Assembly: GCA_034780895.1 (NCBI GenBank)
Contig: JAUZTB010000048.1
Span: forward strand, 16,167,615-16,231,381
Source: Rhynchobatus australiae
Lineage: Eukaryota
DNA length: 63,767 bases
Direction of reading: 5' to 3'
A program made the translations under genes and the position numbers. Shown here in pieces: positions 27,301 to 40,360 of this stretch (its first letter is position 1; every line of letters begins with the position of its first letter). The notes beneath the pieces were generated by a model. That model was not told the origin of the DNA. It made no database searches and saw only the letters and a program-made list of their open reading frames with translations.

Positions 27301-29659
27301 TTTTTAACCATTGGACTACTGGCAGCCCATGAAATTGCAAGGATCCTGGTTACTTTGTTGCTAAATTACAGTTTGTAATGGCAGAACAAATCTCAAATAA
27401 ACAATTAAGAATCTATTCTTTTTGGTAAAAATTTATTGCTAAATTTTTTTCTGTATTCTTCCCCATATTCTTCCCTTTTTTATCTTTATTCAGTAACATT
27501 CTTTATTTTAACTCAATTTAAAACAATGCAGGAATTTTGAGAGGTGTGTTTACTGTTCAAAACCTTTTACTGACAACTGACTGAAGTGATAGGCTGAAAC
27601 AAATTTGTGATAGGCTGAAACAAATAACAATTGGGCATTAATTGGATGCTGCCAGAGAAATCATATGGTTGACTCTTGAGATTTTCAACCATTAGATGTG
27701 GATATGGCAGTGAAATTTCACCCTGACTAAAATAGTATTCTAAGGATTGCACAAATTAGCTTAATGGAAACAATTTTATGATCTCTGCTCTTTTTAAATT
27801 CCAAAATTAAATTCACATATGTGAGTACTAAATTTCTGCTTAAATTATTTCTAACCTTTATCTTCAGCTCAGATAAAGACTTGGATTAAGTTTCCCTTTT
27901 GTACTATGCCTCCAGTGTTCTCCTGGAGCATTGTGGCAATCATCAGAAAATGATACCCCTTTAAAATAAGACTTTGTGTTGGTTCTTTCACTTATGACAA
28001 GGAAGGATTACTGTAATATTTCCTGTATCAATGTTCTTCAGAGGAATGCAAAATGTGGTATTGTTGGCTTGTGAAGATGTATCAATGTCAGTTTGTACAG
28101 ATGTGATTAGATCAATGTTGGCAGTGGAACTCAATGTCAATATAATTGTCGAACTTTTCAAAAGTACATAAAATTTGAGATTGATCCTTGAAGAACAATT
28201 ATTCCAGTGCAGCTTGGTTTATTATGTTGGCAACATTGTTCATGGGCAAAGGCTTTGTTTTCTTTTCAAATCTTAAAATTCTTAAAGGCTATGTAGCAAG
28301 TCCTGGCAATTAATATGGTTGGAATACAAAAGACTACATATGTGAAAATAAGGGAACTACAGACAAAGTCCATTATTGGCTGCTGTTTGGCAGTTGCATG
28401 TTTTGTAGTCTTTACCATAAACTTTAGTAGAATTTAAAGTTCTCAAAAAGGAAGTGAGAGCTTATACAGTGTATACTTTCTGCTGGCATTTTGTTCAGTA
28501 CAGATAACGATTGTCACTGTAAATTGTCATTGAACTTGAGGCCAATACTTTAACTTCCTAGGAAGAAACTTAATATTTTCATTGTTTTTTACATGAGTGT
28601 CTAAAGATATAAATTAGACATTTGTAGGAAACCTTTACCTGCACTTAAAGTAACCAATTTTCATATTCTGAGGAGGTGCATTTATTTCCAGAGATTTTGA
28701 AGACTTTATTAATTTGAGCATAATCTGCATGACAAATCTCTACAAAGCATAAATCAAGAATGTAAGTGGAATGTAACAATCTGAGTGTGCCAATGTGAAG
28801 CTTTCAATGACTGAAGTCCCTATTTTGATCCCTGCTTTTTACCCCACAAGGTATTTAAAAGTTGCCCTAACTGCTTTAGAAAGGGGTGGGAGATTTTTAG
28901 CTAAGTTCCTGATTCAGTGCATTTACTCAGTTTACATGTACACATATGGCAAAAGGTGAGATGGTGTTTAGCTTGTGTTTCTGCTCTTGAACCATTGAAT
29001 CCTCAAGGAAAATGGCAGAATATGGATCTTGGTGAGGTTAAAAACAACCTTTACTCTAAATAGTCCTATGGTTTATTTCCTGTCAGGCTGATCATCTGTC
29101 ATGGTGCCAAAGGATTGCTTCAAAGGACTCCTTAACTTTAATTAGTCCATTTGAGGTAGTGACCTGGCCATTGGAAGAGACTGCATCTAATCTGTGTAGC
29201 ATTGAGGGAGAAAAGGTTAGGAACTAGCAATGATACCAAATGAATTAGAAATATGCTGGGATAGGGAGGTGACATGGAGATATCTGGTAGAAAGCACTGT
29301 ATGCATTGTAAATATTCTAACATGGCATACTTCTAAAGAAAACTACATTGCCTGGGGGAGGAGAGAAGGTTGGGTTGTAGTGTGAAATCTGGAAATGGTC
29401 CAGCAAGTTCAAAACCTTGGCCCTGTTGACTTTAGTTATTTTAAATGATTGGTGTTAAAATGCATTGCTTTTGAGGTTCATTTGTCATGCTTTTACAAAT
29501 TGAATGTGTCGCATTAGATGCAAATTGGTCAGTTTCAGATACCCGGTGCTGTGGAGCAGGAATTAAGTGAAGCATTGATTCCTTGTGTGCTTGGGTTGCA
29601 ATTGCAGTGAAGGAATTTATAATTTGGAGCTCGCATCAGGCTATGATTACCTTCATAGA

Positions 29660-30500
29660 ATAGACTCAGAAAACTTTTAACACTGAAGAAAGCAGTTTGG
29701 TCCATTGTTGCTGTCCTGTGTAATTCCACCTTTTGGCACTAACTAGGTCATTTAGCCCTGCAGGTTGCAGCTCTTCAGGTACACATCTAAGTACTTAGTA
29801 ATTGTGATGAGGGTCTTTTTATTCACCACCCTTACACAGAATGAGCCCAAACAAACTTTGGATGATTTTTTTCCCCCAGTGTCCAATATTTTGAATCTAT
29901 GCCTGCTGGTTCTTGACCACTCTGCCAAGGTAAATGGGACTTCTCTATTTGCTCTATCTCTACCCTTCAAAATTATGTATATCTCGTAAGTCTCCTTTTG
30001 GCCTCCTGTTTCAAAAACCTTATTTAACCTTTCCTTGGCTAAAATTTTCCAGTCCTGTCTATGTATTTCTTTCCTCTGCCGTCTAGTGCAGTCATGTCTT
30101 TCCTGTAAAGTGATCTGAACTTTACATGGTATTCAAAACTGTGGTTCAACATAACCTAGCAGTTCTCTGCTTTATATTCAGTTCCTTGGCTAATAAAGAA
30201 AATCATCACAAGCATTTGACCACTTTATTAACCTGTCCTGCTACCTTTACAGATTTGTGGATGTAAGCTCCAAGATTCTTTTGTACTACCACATCATTTT
30301 GTTCTCCTTTCCCCTATGCACTTCTGGATTAAATTCCACTTGCCACTTTTCTGCTCAATTGACCAACTCACCACTATCTTCCTGTAGTCTAAAATGTTCC
30401 TCCTTGCTGTTAGACACATGGCTAGCTTTCATATCACACTGCCTATATTTTAAATGTGAATTATTGTATATTATGAAAAGACAGGAACGGTCCTGGTAAT
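29660..30500 (-). mobile_element. Degenerate CR1 LINE 3' fragment
   Basis: Minus-strand ORF 29752..29970 (FTLAEWSRTSRHRFKI..VRVVN..KYLDVYL) resembles the CR1 ORF2 C-terminus. Confidence 0.65.
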
Positions 30501-30683
30501 AGCTTTTTGATTACAAAAACACATTAATTACCTTTTAAAAGTTCAGGTTAAAACATGTAAAAATGTACTCTATAGACTTGGCAAAAATTAAGAGTTCATT
30601 CTACAGATTTAATTACAAGTCCTTATCTATTTTTAAATTACATTATTAATCAGTGATACCTCCTAAATTAAAAAACCCAATTA

Positions 30684-30972
30684 CAGGTTATTCCGGGGTT
30701 ATGAACACCCAACCTACACCCCTACATATGAACAAGTTCCCATAATGTTACTAAATTCAAAAGTCTGATTATGTACTTGCATTCGTTCCTATGAACAACA
30801 GAACTAGTTTCCTCTCTCCACTTCTAGTGATTATTCTTTTCAGTCTTGTGCTTTTGGTGCCATTCATTATGATACTTGGAGGTGTGGTTAGCACATTGAG
30901 CAATTTCCCTGTATTTTCTGACCTGTGGATATCCGTAAAAATGGAACCCGTTCATTACCTGGGGTCAGCCTG
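30684..30972. mobile_element. Tc1/mariner-superfamily (Tigger-like) MITE, 289 bp
   Basis: TA|CAGG..CCTG|TA ends; imperfect ~23-bp TIRs (caggttattccggggttatgaac vs caggctgaccccaggtaatgaac). Confidence 0.75.
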
Positions 30973-31422
30973 TATATTAAAATCTGTGTCCTATATTGTT
31001 TGCATGTATATGTAGAATTTTGATTCATTTCTAGATGTGGCAAAATATTTGGGTTTTCCCCCCCTTGGGGTGGAGGGGTTTGTCTGTATGTGTAAGAGAG
31101 GGATTGAGGGGTGGAGAAGGAGAGGGATTAAATGGCCCAGTTACTTCATAATGTCTAATTTATTTGTTGACTTTTGCAACTGAGCTTGTCCCTGATCTAA
31201 TCACNNNNNNNNNNNNNNNNNNNNNNNNNNNNNNNNNNNNNNNNNNNNNNNNNNNNNNNNNNNNNNNNNNNNNNNNNNNNNNNNNNNNNNNNNNNNNNNN
31301 NNNNNNNNNNNNNNNNNNNNNNNNNNNNNNNNNNNNNNNNNNNNNNNNNNNNNNNNNNNNNNNNNNNNNNNNNNNNNNNNNNNNNNNNNNNNNNNNNNNN
31401 NNNNNNNNNNNNNNNNNNNNNN

Positions 31423-31698
31423 CTTATGGATACCCCTGCATATGAATGAGCTCCCATAATGTTAAATTTAAAAGTCTGACATAAATACTTGCATTTATTC
31501 CTATGAACAACAGAACTAGTTTCCTTTCTTCACTATTGGTAATTCTTGTCAGTCTTTTGATATCATTCATTACAATATTGTGGAGGTATGCTTACCATAT
31601 TGAGTGATTTCTTTTGTGTGTATTTTCTGACTTGCGGGCAAAATCGACCTGTGGATGTCTTTAAGAACAGAACTTGTTTGTTACCCAGGGACAGCCTA
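31423..31698. mobile_element. Second diverged copy of the same MITE; left end lost in the N gap
   Basis: Shares cccataatgtta, aaaagtctga and ttcctatgaacaacagaactagtttcct with the first copy and ends in a similar TIR (cccagggacagcct). Confidence 0.7.
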
Positions 31699-33239
31699 GA
31701 GTGTAGACCAGTGGTGTACAACTTTTGCAGGAAAGGCCACCTTGACAATCCAAATTGCATCTGAAACTTGCTTAGGTGAAATGTGTTTTAATTTAACCAT
31801 ACAAAGCCAGAAACTGATACTTGGTCATATATATGAATTTTTATGTAATAGAATTTATTAACTAATTTATTTTTTGTTCACAAATTTAGTTTTTGGTCAG
31901 ATTGCCACTGAACAAACCATTAATCATTTCATTTTTTTTAAAGAAAAATACTGCTTAATTAGGAGATATTTTGGGTTTAACAGCATAATTTTCCTGAAAT
32001 TAGTTTTGGCCTTTATCAGCCAGGAGGCTCCGTGGCCAAACATTGTCTTGGAAGTCCAACTGAAAAGAACTGGCACGGCGCAGATTAAAATCACATACCA
32101 TGTTGATCAATTTTGCCCATGTTTCTGTACGTTATTGCCAGGTATTAATAAGGCATGAACATTTGAGTGCAGTTATTTTGTATATTCTAGCACTTTTTGG
32201 TATCCAGCTCAACCACTTAACATTCATTTTGAGACTGTGCTTTAATGTTATACAAAGGTCAGATACACCTCTCTTAAAGTCATAGGCAGACCTGTACAAG
32301 ACTGCCAAATAAGTCTTGAGTAGATGGACCCAAACTGGGTTCCCAGCTGGTTTCGATAGCTAGAAATGCCAGAAAAAATATTGCCTATAAACAAGTTTTT
32401 ACATTTATCACAGGAGAAGTTAGTTTACAAAACAACTGGAGAAAGACAGACTGATGATTTAAAAAGGGATGAGAATTATAGCAGGTAATTTCCAGGGAGG
32501 TGTCAAAGGGCATATGGCCTCCTTGAATACCTGCACTAGAGCAGAATGCTTCTGGCATGTGCAAAAGTTGCCTCAAAAATACATTCCNNNNNNNNNNNNN
32601 NNNNNNNNNNNNNNNNNNNNNNNNNNNNNNNNNNNNNNNNNNNNNNNNNNNNNNNNNNNNNNNNNNNNNNNNNNNNNNNNNNNNNNNCCCAGTTTTTCTT
32701 GATTTTTGCAATGTATTAGTAAACAACAATGCATTACATGTGGCATATCTTGGTAAAGGTGGCCTACGGGATTCTGAGGTGTGGTTGCTAACAGGGTGAC
32801 CCTAACTCTGACTTGTAGTGTAGTATATGCTAATCTCAATGATTATTTCCTGCTATATGGGATCTTTGCACTGAGACTGCCTTCAGTGTGAGCTGTTTCA
32901 CAACCCTGTGGAGGTTCCTCTGCGCTCTCCCTATTGCCTGAAAGGATTCTGCCATTCTTCTCCCTTTTATAGCTTGCATTCATTCCAATCTGAAAGAATG
33001 CTGATTGTANNNNNNNNNNCATCCATGCCAACCAAATTGTCTTGCTGAGCTAGTCCCTGCTATGAAGAGAAATTAACAGTAGCATTAGATTAAAAAATGC
33101 TTGCAGTGTTCCCAAACGAATGAAAACTAAGTCTGAAGATTGGGAAAATTTCAGAATTCAGCCAAGGTAGAGAGGCACTTAAAAAAAAAGGGGGGGAAGG
33201 GAAAGAAGAATACCAGAGTGTACCAGTACAAAACATTAA

Positions 33240-33965
33240 AATGAACAGCTTCCTTAGATACCTAAAAAAGGAAAAGATTGGCTGGTGAGTGTCCTTCACA
33301 GACTGAGGCAGGAGGAATTATATTTGGGAATAAGGAAGTGGCAGAGAAATTAAATATTTTGTGTCTACCTTCAAGGAGACACTGAAACAGCCTGAAAATA
33401 GTGAATATTGAAGGTATAGAGCAAATAAGGAGTGAAAAGAAATTACCAGTGGTATTTGTCCCAAGGACCTGATGACCCATGTTTTAGAGCTTTGAAGACG
33501 CAGCTATGGAGACTTGATGTGCTGCTTGTCACATTCCAACACTCCATAGATCTTAGAATGATTCCTGGTTTTTATTTCATTCTATTTTTTGGGATCTGGG
33601 CATCACTGGCAAGGTGAGCATTTATTGCCCATCCTGAATGTCCCTCAAGGTGGTGGTGATGAACCACCTTGAACCAGTGCTGTCTGTCTGGTGAAGGCCA
33701 TTGGAGAGGAAGTTCCAGGAGTTAGACTCAGACTCAGTGTTGAAGAAGGTCTAATGATACACCTCCAAATGAGGATGGTGCACAAAGGTAGGTAGCAAAT
33801 GTAACCCCACTTCAAGAAAGGAAGGAAGATAACAGGAACCTACCGATCACTTAGTTTGAGGGAAAATCTATTTCAGAAATGGTAACAGGGCACTTCAACA
33901 ATAATAATAGAATTGGGCAAAGTCAACACGAAAGGGAAATTGTTTCTGACAAATCTTTTAGATAT
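33240..33965 (+). mobile_element. CR1 RT N-terminal remnant interrupted by an opposite-strand repeat fragment (~33580-33785)
   Basis: gcaaatgtaacccc..ttcaagaaagga..ggaacctaccgatcacttagttt encodes degenerate ANVTP.FKKG..GNYR..SL; the inserted block resembles the repeat at about 58170. Confidence 0.55.
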
Positions 33966-36900
33966 TATGTTGTGACTTCTAAGGGTTGCTTCCTGACATC
34001 AGCTGTGAGGAAAAAGTGTTAAATGGAATATTCAGTCTGGCATCCATTTTCTTTTAGATGAGAGAAAGTTGCTCAGTGGTGTTTTAGAACTGGTGCTATT
34101 GAATTTTTTTTAAGAGCTTTTTGAGTGCATTAAGGGCTCTGACCATCCATTCCAAAATTAAGCTGCGCAAAATACTGAACCTATCAAGTAAATAACTTTT
34201 TTAATGAAACACTGAATATTTTATCCTCTCCTAACCTGTGCACCCTTTTATTAATTTCACGTTGAGATTTCTGCACTTGATTCAGCCAGCTTAAAAATGG
34301 GTTGACAGAGTTAGGGGATACTAAACATATACAGGCCTGCTGAGTTCTGCCAACATTTTGTATGCGTTGCTCCGGACTTCCAGAATCTGCAATCTCTCTT
34401 GTATCTATAATTCTGAGCCCTTTTGTTTTCACTAATGGGATAGTTCTTTTTCTCTTAGCTTCAATCAGTCATGACTTTGTTCATCTCCAGTTAATTTGTT
34501 AATTTAATTCTTGCNNNNNNNNNNNNNNNNNNNNNNNNNNNNNNNNNNNNNNNNNNNNNNNNNNNNNNNNNNNNNNNNNNNNNNNNNNNNNNNNNNNNNN
34601 NNNNNNNNNNNNNNTGCACAATTTTCTTAGTGCTTCCAGCCACCTGTATAAATGTGGTGGTTGCAAAATAGTGGTTGCTGGTAAGATGTGCTGTGCCTCT
34701 GCTGTAGGTGGTAGTTAAACTTAAATGAATAGTTGCATTTTTGTTGGAGCATTCATGTAGAAAGCAGCTGATCTGATGAGTAGAACTTCCTGTCTATCTG
34801 GCGCTTGTGCCATGTTGAAGGATCTGGAGAAAGCTGGGAAGAAAGATCTTGGGGTTTGGTTGAGACATGGGTAGGATGTTGAACACCACTAGCATTGACC
34901 TGCTATATGTTTGCAAAAAGGAAGACACTATGATTCGTTAATTTGTGCAGTTTAATTATCAGAAATCTGATTTGGTCATCCTATCATGTACCTGATGCAT
35001 CATTGTTATTTTAGGAAAGTTCATCTGAACAGTAAAGTTATTAAAAATGGATGAAAATGTCTTGGTATTTGTGATCACTTTCTATTTCATAGGATTGTGC
35101 CTCCATTTTGTTATGGAGGAAGCCATTTATTATTTAGTGGATAGATTTTTTGCAGGTTACAAAGCTAATGTATATATATCGGAAGAAATTATTTTAAACA
35201 GAGCAAATCAACTGTTTGTGATGAGAAGTAGAAACCAATATTATCCTGATGTTGCTTGTAAAGTATTAAAAAAATTCATTTATCTAAATTTTATATTGTG
35301 TTTATAATGCAAAGTAATCATTGGAAAAATTGAGGAGTGAATAAACTTACTAAATTTCCCACTGACAGCAAAAAAAACTTTGCATATATAATTGATAGTA
35401 ACAAGAAAGGGCCAAATTTGCATGTCTTTCTTTAGTTTGGACGATCTTAGAAAATTTTACATTCAATAAATGGATTGGCATGGTTATAAGAGGTATACAT
35501 AGTTGTTAGGCAACAGATCTTCAAACTGCTGCCTGAGGTAGTAATGATTTATTTATGAATTCCACCTTAAATATGATTAATTTGAAATGGAGATTTTCAA
35601 TCATTTTTTTTAAGGTGATGAAAACACAAATTAAGGAAGTGGCAATGTTCATAAATCCTTATGTTTGTATATATTTAAGTGTACAATGGAAATTTGTTTT
35701 GATATAAGTTGCAAATAATAGTGCAGCTGAATCATTGAGATGTATGTTGTGTTTTAAATGTAGATATGTGTTTCAGTGTAATTTTATCAGAATTCTGGGA
35801 TTAGGGATATATTTATTCAAATTTTGATAATGCTATTTCATTCATGTTATGTTCTAAAAATAGATAAAAATGCATTGATAAAATCCATTGTAAAGCCACT
35901 TGCCATATGCATAATTTTAACATGGGAACAAATAAAGCTGAGCAAATAAAATAAGAATTGTCACTGACATCAGACATGATGGTGACAATCCTTATTTTCA
36001 CTAGGGTGCCTTTGCCTCCACAGATGCTTCTTGACCTGAATTCCTCCAGCAGTTTTCTTTTTCACTCTCATGTTGAGTTATATTGTGAGGTGAAGTTTCT
36101 TGCACTCCATAACTGTTGTAATCCACATTTTGTCAATCCATTACAGTAATATGCAGTTTTAAGATTTGTGAAAGAATTTATGCTTTTAAGTATGGGCAAC
36201 TTCAAGAACTGATTTTTGCAGAGAGGGGAAGATGATTCTTAACATCTCCATAAGCTTAGTTTTGAACTTTACACAGCATTAAGTTTGCCATTTTGCAAAT
36301 GTTTTGTGGATAACTGAGGCTTTAAATGTTCTGTATTTGGAACATGCCTGCACTTTGAATATCACTCTAAACCATGCTGGAAAACATGATTTGATTTACT
36401 TAGGAAAAGTATTATTAAGATGTTTTTAAATGATTGATTTGAAATCTCCATTAATTTAAATATTGTATCAAATAGTATCAGGTATCAAATTTGTTTTAAT
36501 ACGCTTGTATGCTGGGAATAATAGCATAAATTTATACAAATGTATAGAAAAACACCAAGTGACTTGGAGATACTGAAAATATGTCAAAGAGAAAGGAAAG
36601 TGGACAAAAGCTAGGCTGAAGTTAGAAGCCTCAAGGACAAGGCTATACAAGATGTTAATGTTAGGATTAAGACTGAGTAATCAAAAAAGATGCTTTGGGG
36701 ATGGTGAGTAAAATGTGACAAAGAAAAATTTTAACAATAGGATTAAAATGTATATTTGAGGGAGTTGGGGGTTGGTCAGACACCTGTCTCTGTTCAGTTC
36801 TGTCTTGTTTTGCCACANNNNNNNNNNGGGAGTGGGGGGTTGGTACCGTGCTGACATATGACTCTTAATTAGAATGTTACCTGAACTTTACATGGAATAG

Positions 36901-37509
36901 TGTATGGGTAATGAACTATAATATGCTGAAATTTAAAGTGCGGTGCTGAAATTAACTGGTAATTTGAGGCAGAGGTATGGAGGAAGGTGTCACTCTTACT
37001 AAGGTGGAGGTAAACCAGTAATATAGATTGCAACAATGCGTTAAGAGATAATCAGGCTAATACCAAGATGGTGATTAGATAAGGCAGTTGGTGAGAGTAG
37101 AAATTTGTAGCGATAGTTGAAGCCTGTTACTTTGTAGTTCTTCCTACTATATAGCTGGAAGAATTTATTTCTCATCAAGGTTGCATGATTGCAGTGGTAG
37201 AATTGGAAGGTTTAGAGATAGTAGAAGTTGAAACCAATGTTGCTTGGAAAAAAAGCAGAAACTTCTATAAAGTTTTGACTGGTCATGCAACATCTTTGGA
37301 GGGAGCAATGGTTGATGATTTCAGTTGATCTTTCATCAGAACTGCAAAAAGTTGCAAGGAAAAGCTGTTGAGAACTAAAGAGTAGATCCATGATGGGGTG
37401 AAAACTGGATTGCTGGACGTATAATTTATAAGGGTGGAGTGGCTGATTTATTTGAAGTTGTTGAATTCACTCAAGTCTGAAAGGCAATGGTATGTCTAGG
37501 AAGAACAGT

Positions 37510-38210
37510 ACTTCACAGGAACAGGTCCTTCAGCCCACGATGTCTGTGCCGACCATGACTCCAATTTAAACTAATCCCATCTCCCAGCATGTGGTCCATA
37601 TCCCTCCATTCCATGCCTGTTCGTATACCTGTCTAAATGCCTCTTAAACATTGCTACCACATCTGCTTCCACCACTTCTCCTGGCAGTGTTCCAAGTACT
37701 CACCAATCCCCAAGTAAAAAAAAAACTTGTCTTGTAAATCTCTTTTAAATTGCCCTCCCCCACCCCACTAAAGCTATGTCCTCTAGTACTTGATATTTCT
37801 ACCCTGGGAAAAAGACTCAGATTGTCCACATAATTTTTATATACTGTCAGGTTTCCCCACAGCCTCTGATGCTCCAGAAAAAACAATCCAAGTTTGTCCA
37901 ACCTCTCCTTATAACTAATACTCTGATCCAGGCAGCATCCTGGTGAACTTCTGCACTGTCTCCAAAGCCTCCACATTCTTCCTGTAATGTTGCGATCAGA
38001 ACTGTACACAATACTCCAAATGTGGCCAAACCAAAGCTTTATACAGCTGTAACATTGACATTTATAATCACTGCCCCAACCAATGAAAGTAAATATGCCT
38101 CACACCTTTCCTTACCCCTCTGTCTACTTGTGTTGCCACTTTCAGGGAGCTATGGACTTCGGCCGCAAGATCCCTCTATGCATCAATATTCTTAAGAGTC
38201 CTGCCATTTA
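37510..38210 (-). mobile_element. CR1 LINE 3' fragment
   Basis: ORF 37644..38009 (SYKERLDKLGLFFLEHQRLWGNL..STRGHS) is a typical CR1 ORF2 C-terminus. Confidence 0.85.
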
Positions 38211-38211
38211 C

Positions 38212-38420
38212 TGTCTACTTAGAAAAACAACCTTTTCCACGAGCTCATATTGAGCTTCATTGGAATGAGGAGCCATAAGCAGTAGGTCTGCATGGGAGTT
38301 GGATGGAGAATTAAAGTAACAGGCAATAGGAAACTCAGGGTCACTCATGTTGACTTGAATGGGGGTCTTCTGCAAAATGGTCAACCAATCTGTTTTTGGT
38401 TTCCTCGACACATGGTCTTT
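38212..38420 (-). mobile_element. Penelope-like GIY-YIG endonuclease remnant
   Basis: EETKNRLVDHFAE and PIACYFNSPSNSHADL..EAQYELVEKVVF resemble the Penelope motifs GETKRRLGDRFAEH and PVA.HFNS..H..KLEEQHLIF. Confidence 0.6.
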
Positions 38421-38429
38421 CAATGTTCA

Positions 38430-40360
38430 TCATAAAACACAGGAGCAGAATTGGGCCTTTCTGTGAATTGAGTTTGTTCTGCCATTTGATCATGGCTAAT
38501 TTATTATTCCCTCTCAACCCCATTCACCTGCCTCTCCCTGTAGCCTTTGACACCCTTACTAAGCAAGAACCTATAAACCTTTGTTTTAAATGTACCCAAT
38601 GTCTTGGCCTCCACAGCCCTCTGTGGTAGTAAATTCCACAAATTCACCACCATCTGGCTAAAGAAATTCCTTTAGAACAGAGATGAGGAGGAACATCCTT
38701 TTATTCTGAGGTTGTGCCCCCTGGTCCTAGACTCTCTCACTAATGGAGACATCCTCTTCACGTCCGCTCTATCAATATGCAGTAGGTTTCAATAAGATCC
38801 CCCTCTCATTCTTCTGAACTCCAGTGAGTACAGGCCCAGAACCATCAAATGTTCCTCATAATGTATTGACTCTTTCATCCTTGGAATCATTCTTATAAAC
38901 GTGCTCTGTACCCTCTTCAAAGCCAGCATATCCTTCCTTAGATGTGGGGCCCAAAACTGCTTACAATACTCAAAATGTGGTCTTACCAACCCTGATAAAG
39001 CCTCAGCATTATATTCTTGCTTTTATATTCCAGTCCTCTCAAAATGAATGCTAACATTGCATATGCCTTCCTTACTACCAACTCAATCTGTAAGTTAACC
39101 GTTAGGGAATCCTGCACCAGGACCCCCAAGTCCCTTTGCATCTCCAATTTCTAAATTCTCTTCCTGTTTAGAAAATAGTATACACCTTTATTCCTTCTAC
39201 CAAAATGCATGACCATACACTTCCCTATGCTGTATTCCATCTGTCACTTTCCACATTTTCCCAATCTGTCAAACAAGTCTTTCTGCAGACTCCCTGCTTC
39301 CTCAACATCACCTCTCCCTCCATCTATCTTTGTATCATCTGCAAACTTGGCCACAAAGCCATTAATTCCATCATCCAGATCATTAACGTATAATGTGAAA
39401 AGTAGTGGACCCATGGGGAAGACCACTAGTCACTGGCAGCCAACCATAAAAGGACCCCTTTATTCCCACTCTTTTCCTTCAGCCAGTCAGCCAATCTTCA
39501 GTCCATGTTAGTACCTTTCCTGTAATACCATGGGCTCTCATGTATGGCACCTTGTCAAAGGCCTTGTGAAAATCCAAGTAAACAACGTCCACCGACTCTC
39601 CTTTTGTATATCCTGCTTGTTAAATCCTCGAAGAATTCCAATAGATTTGTCAAGCAAGATCTTCCCTTAAGGAATCCATGTTGAATTCGGCCTACTTTAT
39701 CATGTGCTTCCAAGTATTCCAAAACCTCATCCTTAATAATGGACTCTGGAATCTTACCAACCACTAAAGTCAGGCTAACCAGCCTATAATTTCCTTTCTC
39801 CCTCCTTAAAAAATGCAGTGACATTAGTGATTTTTCCATTCCTCTGGGACCATGCTTGATTCTAGTGATTCTTGAAAGATCCCTACTAATGCCTCCACAA
39901 TCTCCTCAGCTACCTCTTTCAGATCCCTGGGGTGTAGTCCATCTGCTCCAGGGTGACTTATCCATCTCCAGAGCTTTCAGCTTCCCAAGTACCACCTTCT
40001 TAGTAATAGTGTCCACACTCACTTCTGCTCCCTGACTCTCTTGAATTTCTGACATATTGCTGATGTCTTCCACAATGAAGACTGACACAAAATACTTGAT
40101 CAGTTTGTCCATCATTTCTTTGTTCCCCATTACTACTCCTCCAGCCATATTTTCCAGCAATCCAATGTCCATTCTTGCCTCTCTTTTACNNNNNNNNNNN
40201 NAAAAGTAAAAAAACTTTTGGTATCCTCTTCTATTAAGTTGCGTACTTTCATATTTCATGTTTTCTCCCCTTACTGCTTTTTTTAGTTGCCGTCTGTTGT
40301 TGTTTCAAAGCTTCCCAATCCTCTAGCTTCATGCTAGTTTTTGCAATATTGTATGCCCTC
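38430..40360 (-). mobile_element. CR1 LINE, ~1.9 kb 5'-truncated, frameshifted RT
   Basis: ORF fragments GNYRLVSLTLVVGK..QHGFLKGRSCLTNLLEFFE, GPLLFTLYVNDLD..KFADDTKI and VRPHFEYCKQFWAPHLRKD. Confidence 0.92.
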
